Of a stretch of 63,889 nt of DNA, positions 13,225 to 24,184 are shown piece after piece. How positions within the stretch are numbered: the stretch's first letter is position 1; every line of letters starts with the position of its first letter. The DNA lies in NCBI GenBank assembly GCA_051294375.1, contig CM119263.1, positions 27,378,375-27,442,263 of the forward strand. Direction: 5' to 3'. The notes under the pieces are model-generated. The model was given only the letters and a program-made list of their open reading frames with translations, was not told the DNA's origin and ran no database searches. A program made the position numbers and the translations under genes. This DNA comes from Paraspadella gotoi. Lineage: Eukaryota > Animalia > Chaetognatha.

Positions 13225-16034
13225 TCCCTACCTCATATTACCACTACTTTAAAAGATATATTCAAACATACATAATTATTCATATAAAAAAATTCCTCTT
13301 TAATATTAAGAGCTATTTTACGACATTTAACCGAACATCTTACAATCATCCAATAGCACATAAACCGAACATAGACCAGGCATATTGAAGGCAATTAATA
13401 TTCAATCCAATAAAAGAAACCCAAGAAAATATGGTACTTAACCTACTCTAAATACATAATTAAAAGTATAAACTTACAGTTCAGTATTTCGGCTATCAAA
13501 AAATTCAACCAAAAAACTTAACTGCCCACAAAGGGTATAAAGGAAGCCACCCTCTTCCTTCAACAGCCGGAAGCGAAAAAAGAAAAATCTACTACTCTCT
13601 CTCTCTCTCTCTCTCTCCCTCTCTCTCTCTCTACTCTCTCTCTCTCTCTCTCTCTTTCTCATCTCTCTCTCTCATCCTCTCTCTCTCTCTCTCTCTCTCG
13701 AGGACCGACTTGACTAGCTAAGACCCAATACCAAAAAACCAGAAGGAATATGCCTCTTTTCTGCGACTCGGAGAAGGCAACACACAACCAAGAAGTTCTG
13801 AAAAGCGAACGAGAGAGAGAGGAGGCGGTCTTGGAAAGAAGAAGATTTATAATGTGGGCTGAGAAGATTTGAAAAAGCAGAGAAGATTTGAGGTGATGAG
13901 TAAGGATTTAGGAAGAAAGGGGAATTAAATCAATCTTAAGAAGAGAGATGAAGAGAGAGGAGAGAGAGAGAGAGAGAAGAGAGAGAGGAGAGCGAGATGA
14001 GAGAGAGAGAGAGAGCATAGAATGAGTTTTTGATTCGCTGAGGCAAGTCTCCCCACGCGATGCCAGATCATAGAATGCACGGCCAGAGATTGCACGGTCA
14101 GATTTTCCCAGTTCGGAATGTACGATTCAGAAATAGCCTTACAATGATGGTCGGCCAAGATACCGTCAACTAATAATCATGAGCAGATCGGTTCGGTGAC
14201 TGGTGAAGATTCGCCAACTTTATGGTATAAGTCATAAGGATAAGTGATATAAGTCATAGGGATTCTTTGACAAAAGGCTTTTTGTGACCTTGTACACCAA
14301 CAATTCGATTTCCGAGATAAATATTTCAAGTAACAATAACGACAATACCAATTCGATTTTTCTAAGTCAGTTAAACTCGGCGAATTTAAGCCCCCGAAAA
14401 ATTTTTCTCAGTGGACAGGTCTTCTACACAACCGGCCCGCGAAGCATCACTTCTTAACCAACTTTGTTCAGGAAGTCAAACGTCTTTTTTTGTAGCCTTT
14501 AATTCGTTCCCCCCCCCCATCCATTTTTAACAAGGGGTTTTTTTATTTAGATCTTCGGCTTTGGTTTAAACCTAGAGGAGAGAGGGGAAGGGCGTTTGGA
14601 CAGGGGGTGGTTGAAGTGGGTCGTCGAAGTGCCGTGGATTATCCAGGGCCTTTTACGGGGGCGAAAACCCTTGTAGGAGCGATTTGGGGGGGCTTTCGTG
14701 GAAGGCCTTCTTGTTTACATTGAGCCGAGCTGAAGAAAGCGTTCATTAGGGAACATCGGGCCGAAAAGGTCGGGTAGAAAAGAGAGAGAGAGAGAGAGAG
14801 AGAGAGGAGGTAAGAGGGTTTCAAGCTCATCCAGTTTCATTCGAGAGAGTGAAATACTTTTTTGGCGCAAAAGAGGTTACACAGATGATAACAAAGGTGA
14901 TAGAGGAGAAAGGACAGAGAAAGGGAGATAGGAATTGAAAAACACTTGTCATTACACATTTCTGCTTACTGAGAGTTGACCGCAGATGAAGCGCAGCGAT
15001 GGCGAGTGAAGGAAAAAAAAAGAAAACAACGCGGGAAGCAGGTGGGAGAGCGAGAAAGGCAGGGTTTTAGTTCATTTCGAATAATGGACAGACAAAAAAA
15101 TATTTACAAAAAAAAAATTCAAACACATCAACCATTTACATACGGGGCATTTCTGTATCAGATCGGCGAAATATTTTTTGAGTCCAAGTTTGTCGAGTTT
15201 ACGACAAAAAACAAACGAATAAAAAACAAGAGAGCCAATCTAACAAATAAAAAAAACCGTTTAAGATAAATTAAAAAAAAGGACTAAAGCCGGACGAGAG
15301 CAGACACAGAGGACGACAGTCGAGATAGTTTAACGGCGATTCTATATTCGAGATACATTTGTTTCTGCGCCCGAGGGGAGGAAGGAGGTCGGTCGGGGTT
15401 GTTGAAGGGCGGGTTTGTTTTGAAAATCTCTCGACACGCCTACCCCCACTGGCTCACCACTCCCCGGGGGCCCCCCCACTTGAGATCAGTCTCGCAAACG
15501 AATATCAATATTCTTCCGCGATCAATAACTCTTTATTTCTTTGTTCCTCTGTTGAGAGAGAGAGGAGAGAGAGAGAGAGAGAGAGAGAAGAGAGTGAGAG
15601 AGAGAGAGAGAGAAGAGAGAGTGAGAGATTTGCGCGACGAGTGGGAGAGAGAGAGAGAGCCTTTCAGCGTCAAATCGAGGCATCCAGTTTTTCTCCCCTT
15701 TTATTTATCGTTTTGTTAAATTCTTTCTCCAAAAATTACGAGTTTCGTCTATTATTCTCCTTCGTATCATAGTAGCTCATGAATCGTACTAGTACGGGAG
15801 TAATTTCTAGACATCAACCGGTTTTTAAGCCGAATCGTTCATTAAGTTTTAAGACTAACCACATGATATTTTTCGCAACAATCGATCACATTCACGGATA
15901 CTGCATAAGATAGATTACTTGCACATCGTGCACTTAATATCGGTTTATACTTCACACCTTATCCGCTTTTACTGCAAATCTTGCCATACTAATATATTTC
16001 CATTGTCTTACTCCCATTCCCGTTTCCGTTTATC

Positions 16035-16084
<50 letters not shown>

Positions 16085-17556
16085 CTCTGACTGCTCCAAC
16101 TCCAAGAAAAAAAGTCAACTTCTTTCCGATCGATCATTTGCGATCGAATTACAATCAACAAAGATCCGTTCGGTTTTTCGAGGTCAATTGCCGGTCCATT
16201 CGTGTTCCCGGTCGGTCGACACGGCCGAAAGGCCTTCCCGGTCGGTGTCGGTCTTGTCCCCTGTTCGGTCGGTCGGGTCTCCGGTCAATTTTCGGGTCCC
16301 TCGTCGGTTTAATCGAAGGTTTAATTCCTCATAAAAGTCGTGATTATCCCAGTGTGGGCGAGAGAAGTGGGGATGGGTAAGGAAGGGGGGAGGAAGGGAA
16401 AGGGGGGTGGTGGAAGGAAAGGGAGGAAAGGAAAGGGGTGGGAAGGAAGTAATGAGAACGAAGGAGAGGAGACCTCGAGGTGGACTGGTGGGCGTGGGTG
16501 GACCTAATCTAGCGACGAGTGAAAGACGGCTTGTCGGCTGGGGCTTTAACGATTCACGGGACATCCTCTTTGATTAATCGGGCGCGCAGTGGCCTTCGAT
16601 TCCCCGGCGCCCGGACGGCGCGCCCGATTAGCCGGCCGGGCATCAAGGACAGGGGGGCATGCGCGGTCTCCCTTCCTCGTTACCGGGCATCCATCGAAGC
16701 TGCGCGGTGCCGCTTGCATCGTAGAACCCTGAGCCAGACCCGGGCACTTTTCACCCCCCTTCTTTTTTTTAAGAGAGCATTTACACACTCCTCCCTACAA
16801 CAAAGGGCTTGGTTCAATGGACTCTCGGTTGCGTTGACCATCTGCAATCTGACTTCTCCATCTCCAATCACATATATCTCCCATCACCCCTCTTTTCATA
16901 GTCGGCACGGGAAAGGATTATCACTCGTGCGAAGTTTGAGTCGTGGAGGAGAGAGAGCGGAAAAAGGGGAGAGGGATGGAGCGGGGAGGTGGAAAAGGGG
17001 CAAGGTGGAAAAGAATGAGGAGGGGGGGTGAAGTGGGTAAAGGTGGGATAAGTGGAAAAATAGGAAATAGGGGAAGGGAACGGGGAGTGGGAGGAAAATG
17101 TGAAGGGAAAGAATTTTGGAATTCGAGAGGAAGATGCGAATCAAATCCTGCGGCCCAGAAATAATCAGAGATCGATTTAAGAAGAATCGTAGTCCCGAGC
17201 AAAATAGAGGGAAGTAACTGAATAAAAAGAAAAGAGATAGGAAGAAAATAAAGAAAGAAAACAGAGAGAGAGAGAGATAAATTGGATAGAGAGAGAGAGA
17301 TTCTTGAAATATAAATGAGAACAGAAAAAAAACAAAAGGCTCTGATTGAGGTAAAATCATGGAGTGGGAGTAGTGAGTGAGAGAGAGAGAGAGAGAAGAG
17401 AGAGAGACTCCCAGAGGGCGATGAATTCACTCTCGTGCCTGAGCACAACGGATATCTCAGCGTTGAAAAACCAAGCGAGAGAAAAGGTTCTTCTGCCTCA
17501 AGACTATTCACGCAGCTGGACGCATCTCTCTCTTCTCTCCTGTCCTCTCTCTCTCG

Positions 17557-17596
<40 letters not shown>

Positions 17597-17610
17597 TGCT
17601 CCTCTCTCTC
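13225..17610 (-). repeat. Inverted copy of the 4.4-kb unit (right arm of the fold-back)
   Basis: Reverse complement of 22609-26930. ORF-track entries 16184..16564(-) and 16519..17031(+) give peptides identical to 23655..24035(+) and 23188..23700(-). Confidence 0.9.
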
Positions 17611-18276
17611 TTTTCTTTATTTTCTTTCCTATCTCTTTTTTTCTTTTCTATTCATTTACTTCCCTCTATTTGCCTCGGGACTCGATTCTTCTCTAAATCG
17701 ACTCTGATTTTCTGGCCGCAGGATTTGATTCGCATTCTTCTCTCTCGATTCCCACAAATTCTTTCCCTTCACATTTTCTCCCACTCCCGTTCCCTTCCCC
17801 CTATTTCTATTTTTCCACTTATCCCACCTTTACCCACTTCACCCCCTTCCCTCCTCATTCTTTTCCACTTCCCCTTTTTCCACCTCCCCGCTCCATCCCT
17901 CCTCCCTTTTTCCTCTCTCTCTCTCCACGACTCAAACTTCGCACGAGTGAAATCCTTTCCCGGTGACCGACTATGAAAAGAGGGGTGATGGGAGATATGT
18001 GATTGGAGATGGGAGAAGTCAGATTGCAGATGGTCAACGCAACCGAGAGTCCATTGACCAAGCCCTTGTTTGGTAGGGAGAGTTGTAAATGCTTCTCTTA
18101 AAAAAAAGAGGGGGGGTGAGAAGTGCCCGGTCTGGCTCAGGGTTCTACGAGCAAGCGGCGACCGCGCACGCTTCGAGGATGCCCGGCTAACGAGGAAGGG
18201 AGACCGCGCATGCCCCCCTGCCTGGATGCCCGGCCGGCTAATCGGGGCGCGCGTCGGGCGCCGGGGAATCGAAGGC

Positions 18277-18280
<4 letters not shown>
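17611..18280 (+). repeat. Forward fragment of the unit (equivalent to ~9110-9787)
   Basis: TTTCTTTCCTATCTC...GGGGAATCGAAGGCCACG is colinear with the 8723-13150 copy. Confidence 0.85.
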
Positions 18281-18333
<53 letters not shown>

Positions 18334-18744
18334 TAGAGAGTGAGAGAGAGAGAGAGAGCCTTTCAGCGTCAAAATCGAGACCAGTTTTCTCTTATATTTA
18401 TTCCGTTGTTAAAATTCTTTCTGCAAAATACGAGTTTCGTCTATTATTCTTCCTTCGTATCTAGTAGCTCATGATCGTACACCTAGTAACGGGAGTAATT
18501 TTCTAGACATCACCGGTTTTTTTAAGCCGCAAATCGTTCATGTAAGTTTTAAGACTTACAACATGATATTTTTTCGCAACAATGCGATCAACGATCACGC
18601 TACTGGCATAACGATACTGCACATCGGTGCAACTAATATGCGGTTTTATACTCACAAACTTTCCCTTCTACTGCAAATCGCGCATACTAATGTATATTTC
18701 CATGCATTGATACTCCATCAGCCGTTTCCGTTATCCGCCCCCCA

Positions 18745-18786
<42 letters not shown>

Positions 18787-19315
18787 TCTCTGACCTCTCA
18801 CAACCCTCCCAAGAAAAAAAGTCAACTTTTTCCCGATCGATCATGCGAATCGAAATCAATCAAAAAGAATCAGTTCGGTTTTTCGAGGTCAATTCAGTCC
18901 ATCGTTTCCCGGTCGGTCGACACGGCCGAAAGGGACCTTCCCGGGTCGTCGGTCTGTCCCTTTTCGTCGTCGGTCTCCGGTCAATTTGTCGGGGTCCCCT
19001 GTCGGTTTAATCGACAGGTTTATTCCTCATCAAAGTCGGTGATTTAATCCGCCAGTTGTGGGCGAGAGAAGTGGGGAGGGAAGGAAAGGGGGGGGAAAGG
19101 AAAGTGGAAAGGAGGGGTGGAAGGAAAGGGGGGAGGAAGGAAGAGAAGGGGGAGAAGCGGACTCCAGTTAATGAGAAGCGAATAGAGAGGAAGACCTCGA
19201 AGGTGGACTGGTGGGCGTGGGTGGACCTAATCTAGCGACAGAAGTGAAGACCGGCCTGGTTTCGGCTGGGCTTTCGATCACGTGACAATCCTCTGATTAA
19301 TTCGCCGGCGCGTGG
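18281..19315 (-). repeat. Inverted fragment of the unit (equivalent to ~9783-10820)
   Basis: Its reverse complement starts CCACGCGCCGGCG..TTAATCAGAGG, continuing from where the 17611-18280 fragment stops. Ends at the 25-N gap 19316-19340. Confidence 0.85.
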
Positions 19316-19340
19316 NNNNNNNNNNNNNNNNNNNNNNNNN

Positions 19341-19561
19341 TTGATGAGGAATTAAACCTTCGATTAAACCGACGAGGGACCCCGACAAATTGACCGGAGA
19401 CCGACCGACCGAAAAGGGGACAGACCGACCGACCGGGAAGGCCCTTTCGGCCGTGTCGACCGACCGGGAAACGATGGACGGAATTGACCTCGAAAAACCG
19501 AACGGATTCTTTTTGATTNNNNNNNNNNNNNNNNNNNNNNNNNGAGAGAGAGGAGCAAGAG

Positions 19562-19593
<32 letters not shown>

Positions 19594-21120
19594 AGAGAGG
19601 AGGAGAGAGAGAGAGAGACGGAGGAGAGAGAGAAAGAGAGAGATCTCCCAGTGCGTGAATAGTCTTGCAGGCAGAAGGAACTTTCCTCTTCGTTGGTTTT
19701 TTCGAACGCTGAAGAATCCGTTGTGCTCAGGACGAGAGCTAGAATTCCATCGCCCCTCTTGGGAGTCTCCTCTCTCTCTCCTCTCTCTCTCCTCACTACT
19801 CCCACTCCATTGATTTTACCTCAATCAGAGCCTTTTGTTTTTTTTTCTTGTTCTCATTTATATTTCAAGAATCTCTCTCTCTCTATACCAATTTATCTCT
19901 CTCTCTCTCTGTTTTCTTTTCTTTATTTTCTTTCCTATCTCTTTTTCTTTTCTATTCAGTTACTTCCCTCTCATTTGCTCGGGACTAGCGATTCTTTCTT
20001 AAATCGGACTCTGATATTTCTGTGGCCGCAGGATTTGATTCGCATCTTCCTCTCGATTCCCACAAATTCTTTCCCTTCACATTTTCCTCCCACTTCCCGT
20101 TCCCTTCCCCTATTTCTATTTTTCCACTTATCCCACCTTTACCACTTCACCCCCCCTCCTCTATTCTTTTCCACCTTGCCCCTTTTCCACCTCCCCGCTC
20201 CATCCCTCCCCCTTTTTTCGCTCTCTCTCCTCCACGACTCAACTTTCGCACGAGTGAAATCCTTTCCCGTTGCCGATATGAAAAGAGGGGTGATGCGGAG
20301 TATATGTGATTGGAGATGGAGAAGTCAGATTTGCAGATGGGTCAACGCAACCGGAGATCCATTGAACCAAGCCCTTGTTTGGTAGGGAGAGTTGTAAATG
20401 CTCTCTTAAAAAAAAGAAGGGGGGTGAAGAAGTGCCCGTCTGGCTCAGGGTTCACGATGCAAGCGCGCACCGCGCAGCTTTCGATGGATGCCGGCTAAAC
20501 GAGGAAGGGGAGACCGCGCATGCCCCCTGCCTTGGATTGCCCGGCCGGCTAATCGGGCGCGCCGTCCGGGCGCCGGGGAATCGAAGCCATGCGCGCCGGC
20601 GATTAATCAAAGAGGATTGTCCGTGAATCGAAGCCCCAGCCGAACAGGCCGGTCTTCACTTCGTCGCTTAGATTAGGTCCACCCACGCCCACCAGTCCAC
20701 CTCGAGGTCTTCCTCTCTTTCGCTTCTCATTACTGTCCCTTCTCTCACCGCTTCTTTCCTTCTTCCTCCCTTTCCTTCCACCACCCCTCCTTATCCCTTC
20801 CTTCCTCCCCCCTTTCCTTACCCATCCCCACTTCTCTCGCCCACACTGGGCATTAATCACCGACTTTTATGAGGAATTGAAACCTGTCGATTAAACCGAC
20901 GAGGGACCCGCAAAATTGACCGGAGGACCCGACCGACCGAAAGAGGGACAGACCGACACCGACCCGGGAAGGCCCTTTCGGCCGTGTTCGACCGACCGGG
21001 AAACGATGGACCGGAATTGACCTCGAAAAACCGAACGCGATCTTTTTGATGTAATTCATCGCAAATGATCGATGGAAAGAAGTTGACTTTTTTTCTTGGG
21101 AGGGTTGGAGCAGGTCAGAG

Positions 21121-21161
<41 letters not shown>

Positions 21162-22477
21162 GGGGGGAATAACGGAAACGGGACGGGATGGGAGTAAGAC
21201 AATGGAAATATATTAGTATGGCAGATTTGCAGTTAGAAGCGGATAAGGTGTGAAGTATAAAAACCGCATATTAGTGCACGATGTGCAGTATCTTATGCAG
21301 TATCGTGATCGTGATCGCATTGTTGCGAAAAATATCATGTTGTAAGTCTTAAAACTTAATGAACGATTTCGGCTTAAAAACCGGTGATGTCTAGTAAATT
21401 TACTCCCCGTACTAGGGTACGATTCATGAGCTACTATGATACGAAGGAGAATAATAGACGAAACTCGTATTTTTGGAGAAAGAATTTTAACAAACGAATA
21501 AATAAAGAGAAACTGGATCTCGATTTGACGCTGAAAGGCTCTCTCTCTCTCTCTCTCTCTCNNNNNNNNNNNNNNNNNNNNNNNNNNNNNNNNNNNNNNN
21601 NNNNNNNNNNNNNNNNNNNNNNNNNNNNNNNNNNNNNNNNNNNNNNNNNNNNNNNNNNNNNNNNNNNNNNNNNNNNNNNNNNNNNNNNNNNNNNNNNNNN
21701 NNNNNNNNNNNNNNNNNNNNNNNNNNNNNNNNNNNNNNNNNNNNNNNNNNNNTGATTCGCGTAGAGAATATTGATATTCGTTGGCGAGACTTGGATCTCA
21801 GTGGGGGGCCCGGGGGGAGTGGTGAGCCAGTGGGGGTAGGCGTGTAGAGAGATCGAAAAACAAACCCGACCCCTTCAACACCCCGACCGACCTTCCCTTC
21901 CCCCCCCCCCTCGGGCGCAGAAACAAATGTATCTCGAATATAAATCGCCGTTACTATTCTCGACTCTCGTCCTCTTGTGTCTGCTCTCGTCGGCTTTAGT
22001 CCTTTTTTTTAATTTATCTTTAAACGGTTTTTTTTATTTTGTTTAGAGTTGGTCTCTCTTGTTTTTTATTCGTTTGTTTTTGTCTCGTAAACTCGACCAA
22101 ACTTGACTCAAAAAATATTTCGCCGATCTGATACAGAATTGGCCCGTATGTAAATTGGTGATGGTGTTTGATTTTTTTTTTTTATGTAAAATATTTTTTT
22201 TTCGTCTGTCATTAATTTCGAAATGAACTAAACCCTGCCTTTCTCTCCCACCCCCTGCTTCCCCTTTGTTTTCTTTTTTTTTCCTTCACTCGCCATCGCT
22301 GCGCTTCATTCTCTCACTCTCAGGTAAGAGAAAATGTGTAATTGACAGTGTTTTCATTCCTATCTCCCTTTTCTGTCTTTCTCTCTCTATCACACTTTGT
22401 TTATCATCTGTGTAACCTCTTTTGCGCCAAAAAGTATTTCACTCTCTCGAATGAAACTGGATGAGCTTAACCCTCTT

Positions 22478-22508
<31 letters not shown>

Positions 22509-22583
22509 TTTCTACCCGACTTTTCGCCCGCATGTTCCCTAATGACGCTTTCTTCACTCGGCTCATGTAACAAGAGGCCTTCC
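19341..22583 (+). repeat. Further forward copies of the unit: short fragment 19341-19518 and partial copy 19544-22583 (internal gap 21562-21751)
   Basis: Colinear with 10066-10245 and ~8750-11665 respectively. Bounded by the 25-N gaps 19316-19340, 19519-19543 and 22584-22608. Confidence 0.85.
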
Positions 22584-22608
22584 NNNNNNNNNNNNNNNNN
22601 NNNNNNNN

Positions 22609-22626
22609 GAGAGAGAGGAGCAAGAG

Positions 22627-22679
<53 letters not shown>

Positions 22680-24134
22680 CAGAGAAAGAGAGAGATCTCC
22701 AGCCTGCGTGAATAGTCTTGAGGCAGAAGGAACTTTTCCCTCTTCGTTGGTTTTTTCGAACGCTGAGATCCGTTGTGCTCAGGACGAGAGTAGAATTCAT
22801 CGCCCCTCTGGGAGTCTCCTCTCTCTCTCCTCTCTCTCTCACTCACTACTCCCACTCCATGATTTTACCTCAATCAGAGCCTTTTGTTTTTTTTCTGTTC
22901 TCATTTATATTTCAAGAATCTCTCTCTCTCTATCCAATTTATCTCTCTCTCTCTCTGTTTTCTTTCTTTATTTTCTTCCTATCTCTTTTCTTTTTATTCA
23001 GTTACTTCCCTCTATTTTGCTCGGGACTACGATTCTTCTTAAATCGATCTCTGATTATTTCTGGGCCGCAGGATTTGATTCGCATCTTCCTCTCGAATTC
23101 CAAAATTCTTTCCCTTCACATTTTCCTCCCACTCCCCGTTCCCTTCCCCTATTTCCTATTTTTCCACTTATCCCACCTTTACCCACTTCACCCCCCCTCC
23201 TCATTCTTTTCCACCTTGCCCCTTTTCCACCTCCCCGCTCCATCCCTCTCCCCTTTTTCCGCTCTCTCTCCTCCACGACTCAAACTTCGCACGAGTGATA
23301 ATCCTTTCCCGTGCCGACTATGAAAAGAGGGGTGATGGGAGATATATGTGATTGGAGATGGAGAAGTCAGATTGCAGATGGTCAACGCAACCGAGAGTCC
23401 ATTGAACCAAGCCCTTTGTTGTAGGGAGGAGTGTGTAAATGCTCTCTTAAAAAAAAGAAGGGGGGTGAAAAGTGCCCGGGTCTGGCTCAGGGTTCTACGA
23501 TGCAAGCGGCACCGCGCAGCTTCGATGGATGCCCGGTAACGAGGAAGGGAGACCGCGCATGCCCCCCTGTCCTTGATGCCCGGCCGGCTAATCGGGCGCG
23601 CCGTCCGGGCGCCGGGGAATCGAAGGCCACTGCGCGCCCGATTAATCAAAGAGGATGTCCCGTGAATCGTTAAAGCCCCAGCCGACAAGCCGTCTTTCAC
23701 TCGTCGCTAGATTAGGTCCACCCACGCCCACCAGTCCACCTCGAGGTCTCCTCTCCTTCGTTCTCATTACTTCCTTCCCACCCCTTTCCTTTCCTCCCTT
23801 TCCTTCCACCACCCCCCTTTCCCTTCCTCCCCCCTTCCTTACCCATCCCCACTTCTCTCGCCCACACTGGGATAATCACGACTTTTATGAGGAATTAAAC
23901 CTTCGATTAAACCGACGAGGGACCCGAAAATTGACCGGAGACCCGACCGACCGAACAGGGGACAAGACCGACACCGACCGGGAAGGCCTTTCGGCCGTGT
24001 CGACCGACCGGGAACACGAATGGACCGGCAATTGACCTCGAAAAACCGAACGGATCTTTGTTGATTGTAATTCGATCGCAAATGATCGATCGGAAAGAAG
24101 TTGACTTTTTTTCTTGGAGTTGGAGCAGTCAGAG

Positions 24135-24184
<50 letters not shown>

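Noticed and set aside
16184-24035. ORFs of 126-230 aa recurring in several copies
   Set aside because: Frames are not kept between copies except in the two identical ones. The peptides are low-complexity (F/S/L/P or R/G/E) products of pyrimidine tracts, with no domain resemblance.
23340-24060. The GC-rich part of the unit as rRNA, ITS or tRNA in a tandem rDNA-like array
   Set aside because: No universally conserved SSU/LSU/5.8S/5S motifs or cloverleaf were recognisable, and the unit is full of GA/CT tracts.
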